A stretch of 64,000 nucleotides of DNA from Rhodosorus marinus CCMP1338 (taxonomy: Eukaryota > Plantae > Rhodophyta). The stretch is from NCBI GenBank assembly GCA_029953675.1, contig JAMWBK010000008.1, forward strand, positions 1,054,001 through 1,118,000, given 5' to 3'. The notes beneath the pieces were generated by a model. It was not told where the DNA came from. It saw only the letters and a list, made by a program, of their open reading frames with translations, and made no database searches. The translations under genes and the position numbers were made by a program. Below are positions 11,765-26,392 of this stretch, one piece after another; the first letter of the stretch is position 1; each line of letters begins with the position of its first letter.

Positions 11765-12567
11765 TCAAGAGGGATATATTTTAGTTGGTATCCTCAGGTG
11801 CAGGACTATGGCTTTTGCTGCGTCATCGGTTGAGGAAAGTCTCCACGATCGGCGCTCGTATTGCTCAAGTGTTGTTTCAAGCAAAGAAACGCTTACCGAA
11901 TCAACGTCGGCATACTTTATGGTTTCGACCTCCATAACGTGGAATCCATGTTTGCTTTGGATAATTTGACGTTTGCCAACTGCATCGGTGCTAAAGGCCG
12001 CCCTCTCAAAGTCCTTGTCAGTTTTTCCTGGGGCAATCCAGCCAAGCTCACCCCCAGTGTTCTTGGAGGGACATGACGACATTTCCGCAGCTACAGCTCC
12101 GAAACTCAATCCATTCTCGACCTTTTTCAGTGCATTTTCTGCTTGTTCCCTCGTCTCAACGAGAATGTGTTTGACTTTAACCAAGTCCACCTTCTGTACC
12201 GAGCTGCAAGAGCCAGCCACATGAAACGAAGCAGGCTCAGCCAATATTCCGAGCAACCTCCGTCGATCAGTCCTCACCTGGCATGTTTCACCGCCTCGGT
12301 CCTCTCTGTTGCCATTTGGTCCTGTTTATGAATAAAATCCAGGATCCAAGCGGCCTGAGCGGTCTGAGGACGTTCAATGTCGTCCGTAGCACTGCTCTTC
12401 GCTGAGCCGGCCTCCTTTACAACTGCTGAGCTCGCCTCCTTTGCAGCCGCTGAGCTCGCCTCTGTTGCAACCGCTGAGCTCACCTCCTTTGCAGCTGCGG
12501 AGCTTGCCTCCTTTACAGCTGCGGAGCTCGCCACTTTCTGCACTGCCTTTGAACCACCGGACCCCAT
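11765..12567 (-). CDS. Parvulin-type peptidyl-prolyl isomerase with N-terminal MGSGGSK and Ala/Ser repeats (2 exons)
   Basis: Domain VKVKHILV...SSCPSKNTGGELGW...FERAAF...SKHGFHVMEV. It joins the upstream ORF in frame through a GTGAGG...TTGCAG intron (KHAS|SVQKVDL). Confidence 0.85.
12397..12540 (-). repeat. Coding 24-bp tandem repeat (EASSAAAK-like), 5-6 units
   Basis: On the plus strand GCTGAGCTCGCCTCCTTTGCAGCC-like units recur every 24 nt; translation VASSAAVK EASSAAAK EVSSAVAT EASSAAAK EASSAVVK. Confidence 0.9.
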
Positions 12568-12792
12568 GATCAAGATCGCATGCTCTACTCCAGAATACGT
12601 TTTAGGATCTCTCAAGTCAGCAACCCGCAAAACAAACTCCTGATATGGTATCAACACTGAAGCTGAAAACTCGATACATCAGAGATTTCGGACTTCAGTC
12701 CGCAGAGATGCACCGATTTTCACAATTCCTGAGCCCATTACTGATCACTGACTGTCTAAACCAACCATATATCAAGTCAAGAATGAGAAATC

Positions 12793-13456
12793 CTACGACG
12801 AATTTTTGAGTACAATGGATTCCCGGCCTTTTCCGTTCACTCTTGAACCCGCTCCAGTGGAAGCACAGTGGCACGTCGACCCCCGGCGAATTGCACACAG
12901 ATTTCCTCGTTGAGACGGTCTAAAGGAAAAGTCCGCTCCTGCTTGCCGCTGAGTTTCCATACCAGAGTGACATCCACTAGAGCCAGATAAAATGGGGACT
13001 AGGGACTGTTGACTAGAACATAGTACTCCTAGCATTCGTTTTCAGCAAGCTCCGTTGGAGCTGCTCGGTGACTCACTGGGAATCCCATGGCGTGGTCGGT
13101 CTTGATATAGGTGGCAAGGAAGATCCGCCACAATAGGGATTGGAGTAGGTCTTGCTTCCCTCACCGATCACTACTACGTTGATAAAGCCGCGATGGTAAG
13201 GTGACTCCTTGGAATTTGGAAGCATTGCAAAATCGATGAAATGGGGTGACTCCACTTTCGATGCAGTACTTAGTACTTATTATCAACATGACGCTTATGT
13301 TTTTTGGGACCTTGGATAGTTTCTAGATTGGAGCGAGTTTGCTCACGCTCTGAGAAAGTTCTCGATGTCGTTCTCTCTGCGGATGTGAAAGATCTTTAGC
13401 CCTCCTGCGATCGATGCTTGGGTGGCAGAAAATGCGCCTTGATTGTGCGGGAGCAT
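12793..13456 (-). CDS. Possible spliced hypothetical gene
   Basis: GTGAGC/GTGAGT donors link MLPHNQGAF...ENFLRA in frame to TASKVESPHFIDF...; the last exon is ambiguous and no homology was recognised. Confidence 0.3.
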
Positions 13457-13975
13457 AAATGTCTGTCAGAGAATTCCACTTGCGAAAAAATACAAACTGA
13501 CGATTTCCAAACACATCAACAAACATCCTTCATCGACTCCTCCCTATCGAATCCCGCCTTTTCCAACACCCCCATAACCCTGCACATTGTGCTCCCCTTT
13601 CAAAGACGCATATGTTGTCACGGGCGGTGATAGATTACAAAAGTATCATTCGCCATTGAAAGTCGGCCGTGTAGTTTCAATTGAATTTCTTGAATGGAAG
13701 GATGTGAACGAATTTTTTTCGGGTTTGCTGTGATCAGTTTGTGTTTTCAGTGAAGAAGAAGCATTTTCGATTGCTTGATTCTGGGTTTAGAGGAGTCGAG
13801 TTGGGGGAGTGCTTAGAAGGGCTTTGCATAGATCTTGGTAGTTTGGAAGAAAGGGAAGGATCAGGTTGTCCGAGGAGGTCTGATCTGTGAAGGTTTGTGG
13901 TTACGATTTGCTAGAAGATCTCGGAATTTCTTAGCGGGGAAGATTATTAGGTGGTGAAGCTTTGAAAGTTCAAGG

Positions 13976-16074
13976 ATGGCTTCACAAGGCTTGTCTGTCG
14001 ATGGAGAGCGTCAGCATGGGCAAGATGTTCGCACTGCGAATGTGACTGCTTGCGTCGCCATTTCGAATATTGTAAAATCGAGTTTAGGTCCCGTGGGGTT
14101 GGACAAGATGTTGGTAGATCAGGTGGGTGATGTAACTGTAACAAATGACGGCGCAACAATCTTGAAACTTTTAGAAGTTGAGCATCCCGCGGCGAAACTA
14201 CTTGTTGAACTTGCCGAGCAGCAAGATGAGGAAGTTGGAGATGGTAGGAAATCCGAACATGCCAAGCGGTTAGGGCATTATCTAGTGCTCAGAGGTTACT
14301 CTTCTTTTGTTGTATATGCTTGCGTATGGAAAGGGACAACTTCGGTGGTCATTCTTGCCGCAGAGCTGCTAAGAAGAGCGAACGAACTAGTCCGATCGAG
14401 AATCCACCCAACGACGGTTATTGCAGGATACAGGCTTGCTATGCGTGAAGCCTGCAAGTACATTAAATCTACTTTGGTAAGAACTAAACCGCACTATATA
14501 GAAGGATTTTCTTCCCTGTTTCTCGGATCCTCATGGACGAGCGTGTGCGCTAAATTCTACTGGCTCGTTATCATTGCAGGCGACTCCGATTGATAAGCTA
14601 GGTCGCGAAGCCCTCGTGAACGCGGCGAAAACGTCACTCAGCTCGAAGATCCTGGGATCTGCAGAATCTGATCTCTTCGCGAATATAGCTGTTGACGCCG
14701 TAATGGCCACGAAGTCTTCGAAAAAAGAGGACGGAGAGATGTACCCGCTAAGCTCCATTCATATGCTCAAAGCGCAAGGAAAGTCGGCGAGTGAGTCACA
14801 AATTATGCAGGGCTACGTCCTGAATGCACCGAGAGCGTCTCAGAGCATGCCAACATCGTACGACTCAAAAGCAACCGCCAATGAAAGGCAAGAGCTTTCA
14901 ATCAGAGTGTACTGGCTGAAGACGTCTCCCATTTTTTCACTCTGGATGGCAACGATTCAGGGTATCCCCAGCGAAGATTGCTCTGCTCGGATTCGACCTT
15001 AGGAGAGCGAAGATGAAGATGGGAGTTACAGTAACTCTAAACAACCCGGAGGAAATCAACAAAATACAGGAGAAAGAAATCGATCTGACTGCTCTGCGGA
15101 TACAGACGGTGCTCAATGCCGGAGCGAACGTTATCTTCACAACCAAAGGTATGGACCAGGTCGAGGAGGCCGTCATGCTTGTTCACAGGACTAGCCGAGT
15201 TGCGCTAATTCGGGCAACTGGTCCTCCTGATTGACAGGTATTGATGACTCTGCGCTGAAGTACTTCAGCGGCGGCAATGCAATCGCCTGTAGGAGGGTCA
15301 CGATGAAGGACATGAGGCGAATAGCGAGAGCTACGGGCGCGACACTTCAACTGAATATGGCAGATTTGAACGGGGACGAATCGTTCGATCCGTCTATGCT
15401 TGGCCATGCGGAAGAGGTCTACGAGGATAAGATCAGGGATGACACTGTGATGATGATCAAAGGGCCAAAAGTGCAACCGATCAACACCGTGCTGCTCAGA
15501 GGGCCCAACGAAATGATGTGCGATGAAATGCAGAGATCTCTCATCGATGCCACCTCCGTTGTCAAGAGAATGCTCGACTCAAACATGGTCGTGGCAGGAG
15601 GAGGTGCTATCGAGGCTGCAGTGTCGACACATTTGGAAAACTTTGCCACTATGCTGGGAAGTCGGGAGCAGTTGGCTATTGCAGAATTCGCCGAGGCACT
15701 TTTGGTTATTCCAAAAACCCTGGCAGTGAATGCAGCCAAGGACGCAACCGATCTTGGTAAGTTCAGCCCAGCAGTGGACGCTTATCTAGACAATAACTGA
15801 CTTGATTTTGGGAACTTGCACATGCTCAGTCGCCAAACTTCGGGCGGTGCACAGTCTCGCACAATCAGATCCAACCAAGATCTCCCTTTCGAAATGTGGC
15901 CTTGATCTGGCTGAGGGGGCCGTGAGAAATAACTTCAACGCCGGTGTTATTGAACCTGCCGTGGGGAAGATTAAGGTTATCCAGTTTGCCACGGAGGCTG
16001 CTCTAACGGTCCTTCGTATCGACGACCTCATCAAACTCAATAAGAAAGAAAACACCGGAGAGGCTCTAGAGTAG
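13976..16074 (+). CDS. CCT1: T-complex protein 1 subunit alpha (CCT1), about 6 exons
   Basis: Motifs [37 protein letters not shown]|[47 protein letters not shown] and [18 protein letters not shown]. Confidence 0.97.
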
Positions 16075-16513
16075 ACTATCTCCTAATGAAGAATCTCTGT
16101 GGTTAAGCGCTTGTGCAAAGTGTCGATACGATATCTGCGGTCCAGAGATAAAAGGCTTATCAGAGGCTGCAACACGACCCAAACTCTTGCCATTATCCAG
16201 TGATGTTTCCAACTTAACCGTTGTCACTGCCATAGGTGTAATTCGTTCAACTCAATGCCTAGAGTCTACCACGCCCATGAGCCCAAGGCTTTGGTTTGCT
16301 CAACCTTGGCTTGTTACTTCCTTACCAAAAACCATGCCCCGGATAACTTGTCCCAACTTGCGCGATGATCTGGGTTGAGGATGCAACCCGCATTTTTATT
16401 ATTAACGCATGTCATACGTAGACCGTACGTGATTGCTAGGATACTTGCGAATATACCTCGTTCTACTTCTCGTTTGCAGTTCGCTACTCTCAGATCTCGC
16501 TGGTCTGGTTTCT

Positions 16514-17739
16514 TTACAAGCTCTTATTCATCTCAGCCCCGAGGACGGCTAGATGGTCTGCGGCAATGTTTCCAGCATCCACACCATGGCCTTTGACCCA
16601 CTCAATTTTCAAAGATCTGTAGTCTTCAATTTTCTTCTTCGCTTCGTCCAGTCTTTCCCATAGGTCTCTATTTTTTACACCGCCGCTCCCACCTTTTGTC
16701 CTCCACCCGTTTTGTTTCCACTTGTGTATCCACTCGGTGAGTCCCTTCTTTACATAGTTTGAGTCCGTGCGAACTTCAGCGCTGCGTCGGTCGCCAGCCT
16801 CAGCCTCCTGCAACAAAATCTGTGGTCCCAGAGACGTGAACTTCAGCAATGCGCGGCTTGCGAGCTTTCAAAGAGAAACAATAACCGAGGCAAGGCTAGA
16901 ATTGAATGCGAGAGCAACTCTCATTCCTACCTCTAGAGCCGTCAAAACAGCTTGCAGCTCTGCTCTATTGTTTGTCTGAACCGAACCCTCCAAAGGCACA
17001 GCCTTGTTCCGAAGATCATTTGGACCGAAGAATACACCATAGCCAGCAACTGCTAGACCCGTTCCGTTGCTCTTACAGGCTCCATCAGTATATATGATGA
17101 TATGTTCCTCCTCGCTAGAGGGAACGGGTATAGCTTCACGAAAGGAAAAAGGAAACATCAAGGTTAGGTCAGCGGGAAACAGAAGACGGCGAACAAAGCT
17201 CATCATTTCTTAAACATACTTTCCACTGCAGTGGATGCACCTCGCTCCGTGCGAGTGGGCATTATTGGCGACCTTAGCACGTTCTCTACCTGCTCCTCCT
17301 CAACCTCCACCATTCGCTTTCCAGCGTTATTAATAAACTCAAATTTGTTGAGTCCTTCAGTGTCATGATCACGCACGAATTGCTCCGCATCCGAGTACGA
17401 CGGAAAGCTCTTGTATTTAACATTCCGGACGCCTTTCACGAGCTTGAAGCAATCATTCCAAGTCGACGTTACACCATAGAACTTGTTCTGACCCCCAGCA
17501 ATCCCATAGAATTTCTTCGGGCCTTGAGCCGAGGACCTTCCCGTCGTACGCCTTGCAGTCATTTCCACAGCAGTCACAGTACCCGGAAAACCTTGCGAAA
17601 ACCTCCTTTTATGCGGCTGATCATTCCATTCAAGTCTTATCTGATTCGGGTTCTCACCTGGACTACGTCGTCCCCACCACTTCAAACCACGAAGCGGTAG
17701 AGACGAACGTAGACTCAAACCAAAACCGAATCCCAGCAT
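16514..17739 (-). CDS. RNH1: Ribonuclease H1 (hybrid-binding domain plus RNase H domain)
   Basis: Hybrid-binding domain KFYGIAGG...TWNDCFKLVKGVRNVKYKSF; catalytic motifs IYTDGAC, QTNNRAEL, RTDSNYV, WKQNGW, KNRDLW, WVKGH and GNIAADHLA; short introns. Confidence 0.93.
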
Positions 17740-19045
17740 GCGCCTTAACCCATCATACTTACCATCCAAGAACAAGCCCTCACCCCTTTTCCCCGCCCTT
17801 CCGTCGTCCAAACAACTCAAACCCCCCCCCCCCAAAAAAAAAGCACGCTACCAAAGCAAAACAGTACCAAAATCCTCACTCCACACTCTTACACTAACCA
17901 ACAACTATTTTCTTCCCCCAAAACCACAAACAGGACACTCTCCACATCCCCACCCTCTCCAACCCAAGCTCCACCTAGTGTCAAAACCTCCCTAACACAC
18001 CACCCCCCACCCCCCACCCCCGGGGCAATTCGAGGCTTCCCCCATCGCTGATTGACGTGAGAAAGCAGAAAGGAAAATTAGCTTTTCAAAACCCAGTCAA
18101 AAATCAAGGTGGAGTTATACATCATAGGTCCGAATTGATCCCACGACACCCACCCCTCATATTCATAAAAACAGGCGATATTTGGAGTTTGCTTTTTAAT
18201 TTCAAAGGTACCTGATTTTCGTTCTAACAATATTAATAGATACTTCTTTGTTTTAAAAAAAAAGAAATATAGAGATTGTCTACCTTTTTTAAACCCCCTA
18301 GGGACAATGCGCTCCTGTAAAAGGTTTGTGACATCCGTGGGAGGGTTGTTTTTGTACTATTCAGTTCTTCACATATAATGAATAGAAAGAAAATTCAGGG
18401 GAGCGTCTGCCTTAGTAAGATCCTGTATTTTGCCGTGTTTTTTGTTGTATGTCCCGCGTTGTAATCTGGCGTAAATGGGACAGTTTGATTTCCTGACGAA
18501 TGACGTCTGTGATTCGGTTGATTGGCGTTGTGAGGAGACGACAATGGACGATTTGAGTGTGCTTTGGTTTTATGTTTGTGCCTGTCAGAGCATCTGGTGG
18601 CCGCCTAAAATTCAGTCGTTTGGGAATTACTTTGTTCCCGTTGCTAGGTTATGGGCCAGCGCTGTCTTCGTGAGCGAGTATACCCCCGGTCTCAACACGG
18701 TCCGGAAGTCAACCTTCTCAACAATCGTTGTTGACGAGTCCGCGCTTTGGTGACGTTCTCTGTTGTCCGCGTCTAGTGATCAGCATGCAGTTCGAAAACT
18801 TCCATCGCACTCTAGCCGATCCTCATGAGACCACTTGGAATTGGTCTCTGCCCTAGACGGAACTGAGGCAAGGCCTGGGCTTCACCTCCTTCGCCCATTT
18901 GGATCTAGCAACTGATTTGTTGAGGCTTTGAGATGCCTTGCTCATGGGTTGGTGGGTGGGGGTGACAAGGGCGGATACTACGGCGTAGAGATTGTTTGTT
19001 AACGGCGGTAAGCTTGCCTAGTTAAGTAAGCGCGCTCAAGCGTAT

Positions 19046-19855
19046 TTGATCCATTGGTTGTGGTCACAGCAGTCTCGTAGTTCTACTGCGTTTTGTGTTG
19101 TGTGCTTTAAGACCATGAACGGAATTAGCGGTCTGTGCTTTGCAGTCTGCGGGCTGAGGATGTCCTCGGGCCCTCCGCGGAATAACTCCGAGATGAAAGA
19201 TTCACTAAGGAAGGCGTCGGAGTTGGCTCGTTCTGGAGAACTGGCTCAGTCTATCATGTTGGTGCGTGCTGCAGCGGTTAGAGCACCTGGGGCTGATCGA
19301 CCTGACCCGAATGCTGTGGGGATGGCACTCCAGTTGATTGAGAAGGAAGGACGGAAAAAGAAAGAACCGCTTGACTTTCCGGGCGGATCTTTTCGTCTGG
19401 TAGCAATTGCGAACGAAAAGAAAGGCAGGAATGGAAAGAAACAGATGAAAAGCCAGTACTTCCCAGTACAGGCAGGTGTGGCATATTTCCCTGACGACGA
19501 AACCAGCAGTGACGACGTAGAGGGGGTTGCGATTCAAACAGCAAGGATACCTGTCATCGGACCCATCCAATTCCGCGGCAGGTTTCGATTCATACCACGA
19601 TTCAACAAGCTGGAGTTTAATCTCTATAAACTCTCCTTTCGGCCTTTTGGAGTCCTACCGGTCATCGATTTCAACTTAAAGAAGGCCGGGTCAAAGGACA
19701 AGGAGGATTCGGAGGTTTTCAAGGAGGAGGAACAGAAAAAGCTTCCGTTCTTTCTATTCTTTCTTGTCGAAGAGGATCTTGTGGCAGCTCGAGGGAGAAG
19801 GGGCGGATGGGCCCTCTGGAGACTTGAGTCAAAGACTGTACCACCGACTATATGA
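19046..19855 (+). CDS. PAP/fibrillin-like plastid lipid-associated protein (true start uncertain)
   Basis: The C-terminal KKLPFFLFFLVEEDLVAARGRRGGWALWR and a beta-rich core resemble fibrillin-like proteins. TGCTTTGCAG near 19146 looks like an acceptor, so the first exon probably lies upstream. Confidence 0.6.
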   Translation: MIHWLWSQQSRSSTAFCVVCFKTMNGISGLCFAVCGLRMSSGPPRNNSEMKDSLRKASELARSGELAQSIMLVRAAAVRAPGADRPDPNAVGMALQLIEKEGRKKKEPLDFPGGSFRLVAIANEKKGRNGKKQMKSQYFPVQAGVAYFPDDETSSDDVEGVAIQTARIPVIGPIQFRGRFRFIPRFNKLEFNLYKLSFRPFGVLPVIDFNLKKAGSKDKEDSEVFKEEEQKKLPFFLFFLVEEDLVAARGRRGGWALWRLESKTVPPTI

Positions 19856-20114
19856 ACGACTGATTCTCCGCTGAGGTTTTAGGTAGTACAATGCCCAACT
19901 CCCCGCTTCGGCTTGGAAAGCACCCTTATTGCATGATCAGTCCCCAGCAGCATGCAAAGTCAGCGCTGATCAGCACTCCTGTGGAAACAGTCGCACAGGC
20001 GTCTTCCGCGCGCACGGATTTTCTTTTTTTACAGTACTGATTGAACTCAGCAGTTAAGCCTGATGATAAAACTGTAAGTGGTGGGGGGTGGGTTTGCTTA
20101 ATAATAGAACGGGG

Positions 20115-22843
<2,729 letters not shown>

Positions 22844-23209
22844 TACTGCTCAAGCTATCGTAAACCCTTAAATCCAAAGAAACTTCAAAAACATATCCAG
22901 CTCAGCAAAGAAACCGTACAACCTCCTCCAACAAATTTAGCCTTTCCGTTTGAATCGATGTCATCCACAACATGCAGCTCAGCCAGCTCTCACCCCCTCC
23001 TTCCCATAATGTTTACATCTCCACCGGCACGTACGATCTTCACCAAAACGAGGTAGTCATAGTCTCAACAAAACTACTTTTGTTGTTTTCATGATGGCGA
23101 CTGATAGTCACAAGGCGTGAAATTTAGATATTTTGCGAAGGCCACAGGCGTTCCCAAAATGGCTCGGTGAACCTTCGATATACACCACCGTTTCGAGCCC
23201 CGCACAATC

Positions 23210-23636
23210 TTTCCCGCAAAATGTCATCCATTTCCCGCTCTTCAATCAATCGGGATCATGTTTTTGACTAGCTTTCGTATCCTCCTGTTTTCACATCGGC
23301 GTTGTCCTCTGGAAGCGCACCTCGCCCCTTCTAAGTCTTTCCATCAAATCGATCAAAAAAAGAAATACCTTCCCCCCCCCTCCCTGTTGCAAACCCAACT
23401 AGCTAATTATTTCTTCAAAAAGCTATTTCGGTGACGAAGAAACGCAATTAGAGGGGTAGCTGGGTAGTTAATAATCAAGGACAGACCACCTACCCAAGGA
23501 TCATTTCGGGCAAAAATGATGTATCTCCCGCCAAAATGGACTGCAAGTACTCGGCCACATTGGAATTACGATTGTACTCGTGTTCCGTATTCGTAGTGTT
23601 TGTAATCAGTCACTTTGACTGAGATGAATTTCCCGC
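23210..23636. promoter_or_regulatory. Cluster of four E2F/DP-type sites upstream of MCM6
   Basis: TTTCCCGC at 23210, 23231 and 23629; TCTCCCGCCAAAA at 23524-23536. Confidence 0.75.
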
Positions 23637-23644
23637 GCTAAAAC

Positions 23645-23671
23645 TTATCAATCAATTACATTGATTGATAA
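23645..23671. other. Perfect 12-bp inverted repeat with 3-nt spacer
   Basis: TTATCAATCAAT-TAC-ATTGATTGATAA. Confidence 0.9.
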
Positions 23672-23786
23672 ATTATATTGATTGAGGGTTTTGTTTGAAT
23701 TGGTCGTGGTCTCGTTTTTAGGGTGGTACTGGTTAGGTTTCCTAGCTATGTTCTATTTGTACAGATTCCTCTCGAGCGGATAGATG

Positions 23787-24668
23787 TCAACACGCTCGTA
23801 TTCTTCCGCAGGTTTGAGCGACTTCCCTTGCCATCAGGGCTACCACCTTCTTGCCCTCCAGCGAAAACCCACGTTGGTTGTTGGTTGTACGTTCTGCAAG
23901 AAAATTTAAGACGGGCTTCGGCAAGCAACACGATGCCGCAACGTATTGATGTAGTATGTCGGCATGAATCGACATGACATTGCTTGTCCGCGGTGCACTT
24001 CGTTCAGGTCTCCAGCTAGAAACCCACCGGCCCCTTCTTTGAAAATAATCGTCCTCGCTTCGGCTTTGGGATCTGGTCAGTAGGTCCAGAACTAGGAGGG
24101 ATAGCCACGATGAATCGGTTGTCCCTGGAGTCGGAATACTGGCCGTCTTCCACCTATACGGCTCCAGCTGTGGCCTGTCAAGCACAGTAATCTTGTCCAT
24201 TTCCTCCATCACAATGAGATCAGCCGTCGGTCTGCTCCTTGATATCCTCTTGGAAACACTTGACCAGGCGCGAACACCCATCGCCGATCGAAGTACATTT
24301 AATTCGACCGTTTTAACAGTCCAACGCGCAGTCACCTTCATTCCGACCTTCCAATCTACCTCGCGTACCGACCTGAGCCTGGAAAGCACCTCCTTGCCAG
24401 ACCCTGAAACGTCCAATATGGTTGTAAAAGTTTGTGACGGATCGAATGAAAAAGTGCATTCCATAAATATTGCTTCGTTGATCCCAATCCTGGGTAGCAC
24501 CCTCGCACTCTGCAATGCTCCATGCGTTTTGTTTTCTTCATACAAACATTCCTTTTGTTGGGACTCCCAGGACTCCCAATAAGGGACCATTGAGTACGAG
24601 TTGAGCAGCGAAAGCACAACAAAAAGGAGTAGAGCCAGCGCTGAGGCTATCATAGTCGTTCGTCCCAT
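23787..24668 (-). CDS. Hypothetical protein with N-terminal signal or anchor helix
   Basis: 293-codon ATG ORF starting MGRTTMIASALALLLFVVLSLLNSY; no family recognised; a 3' intron cannot be excluded. Confidence 0.65.
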   Translation of the reverse strand: MGRTTMIASALALLLFVVLSLLNSYSMVPYWESWESQQKECLYEENKTHGALQSARVLPRIGINEAIFMECTFSFDPSQTFTTILDVSGSGKEVLSRLRSVREVDWKVGMKVTARWTVKTVELNVLRSAMGVRAWSSVSKRISRSRPTADLIVMEEMDKITVLDRPQLEPYRWKTASIPTPGTTDSSWLSLLVLDLLTRSQSRSEDDYFQRRGRWVSSWRPERSAPRTSNVMSIHADILHQYVAASCCLPKPVLNFLAERTTNNQRGFSLEGKKVVALMAREVAQTCGRIRAC

Positions 24669-24804
24669 TATTTAGATCCTCCAATCCCATTCCACAGTCA
24701 AGCGATGACCCAAAACGCCTCCCATACTCCACCCCAACACCCCTGCCAAGAATGAGGTACGGCATCTTGCAACATGTTGTACAAGAGACTAGATCTGATG
24801 TTGT

Positions 24805-25971
24805 CTATCCTGCTCGTGGGTCCGGGGATCGAAACGAGGCGTCTCGAAAAGACGGAGGACGGCCGCGCATGTCATATGAAGATCTTGCGGAAACGTCTCT
24901 CGATGACTGTGTTCGAATTCTCCCCAGAACTGAGGACACTGAAGCAACCAGACTGTGATCCACGAGCAAAGAGAAAGCGATTCGAATCAGATCAGGCCGC
25001 CACAGAACAATTCTAGATGTGATGCATTGGGCGTACTTTGGGAGACGCCTCGTGGATTTCATGTTGGAATCAGCAAGCGATGGAATTTCGTCGTATCGGT
25101 CCTCGCTGTCGTTTTCAGAGCCAAGGTCGCTTGCAAATTCAGGCAGCGATACTGGTGCGTTGGTGAACGTCAGGATCGGGTCCTCAGGGATTTGCTCCTG
25201 GTTTGTTTCCTTGTTTCGTTGTCTGCTCTTTTTGGCCTCGGCAGGAGTAGGAGGTTGGGCCTTCCGTGACTCCACCAGGCGGTTGTGCGCTTGGTCCACG
25301 GACTCGAACGGGGACAACAAACCTTTCACTTCCTTGCGCAGATGTCCAATGTGAATTTCCCTCTGATTCAACCCTTCTTCCCTCTTATTGAGCTCATTGC
25401 CCAGCGCCTCTCTCATCTTATCTGCTTTAGCAATCTCATTGTGCTTCTGTATCCTTTTAACCGAAAGCGGCTCGCCGTAGATCTGTTCTCGGAGCACGCT
25501 CAGACGATACACGAAGTAAAGACCTGTGAAGCACCAGAGGGCTAGCACAACGGTCCATCGTACTAGTGGATTTCGAGGAATGTCCGGATCGATTGAGATC
25601 AGGACTAGCAAGACCAGAAATGTGGACAAATGAAACACTATTGGGTTGGGCAACGAAGAGATTTTTCCACTAGCCCTATCCAACCAATTGTCCCTATCGA
25701 TGAGACGCAGTAAAGCAGATTTCTTCTTCTCCTCAGCCTCCTCGATCTTTCTCGGCTGAGCGATTACAATACTGAGCAACAGTCCGACTATTGCCCCAAC
25801 CAACCTATAAACCCGATCCTTCTCTCCCGAATTCTCCTCCAGCGAGATCACTTCTTCACGCTCCCTGTCCTCAACCCCTGCAGCCTCAGCTATCTCCTGC
25901 ACGGCGGGCAACACCTGAATCTCATTGAATGTCACCGACCTCACAGTCGGCCTACCACCAACCTCCACCAT
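24805..25971 (-). CDS. Hypothetical membrane protein (about 3 TM helices plus coiled coil)
   Basis: 388-aa ORF with hydrophobic segments LVGAIVGLLLSIVIA, IVFHLSTFLVLLVLISI and WTVVLALWCFTGLYFVY, followed by a charged helical region. Confidence 0.7.
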   Translation of the reverse strand: MVEVGGRPTVRSVTFNEIQVLPAVQEIAEAAGVEDREREEVISLEENSGEKDRVYRLVGAIVGLLLSIVIAQPRKIEEAEEKKKSALLRLIDRDNWLDRASGKISSLPNPIVFHLSTFLVLLVLISIDPDIPRNPLVRWTVVLALWCFTGLYFVYRLSVLREQIYGEPLSVKRIQKHNEIAKADKMREALGNELNKREEGLNQREIHIGHLRKEVKGLLSPFESVDQAHNRLVESRKAQPPTPAEAKKSRQRNKETNQEQIPEDPILTFTNAPVSLPEFASDLGSENDSEDRYDEIPSLADSNMKSTRRLPKYAQCITSRIVLWRPDLIRIAFSLLVDHSLVASVSSVLGRIRTQSSRDVSARSSYDMRGRPPSFRDASFRSPDPRAG

Positions 25972-26392
25972 CTTTCAAGAACTTTGGCCGGTTTGCTTGC
26001 CTTTTCAGACCTCCCCAGGCTAAATATTCTACAACAAAGACGATCAAGAAGATGATTCAATGTACAGCTTCCCTTCCCTCCCAAAAGCTTGGATATCCAA
26101 ACCAATCGCGCGTCCTCCACACCAACGAAGTGTACTGTTAGTCGAGCTGGAATCTCCATCGCTGCTGCTGTTGAGAAGTGTAGAACGGGAAGCGACCCAA
26201 CAGCGCTTCTTGCTCGCTTATCACTGAAGCAAGTTGATTCTACTTCAAGCAGTTGTTTTGGTGCTCAAGGCTAGCGCTTTGAAACCCAACGCTCAACCCG
26301 TTGACGTCGACAACTGAACTTTGCGAGGATTGCGAGTGCCTGCGAACTGGCTGCTGATGAATTGATGGGACTCCGTCGTTGCTCACGTATGC

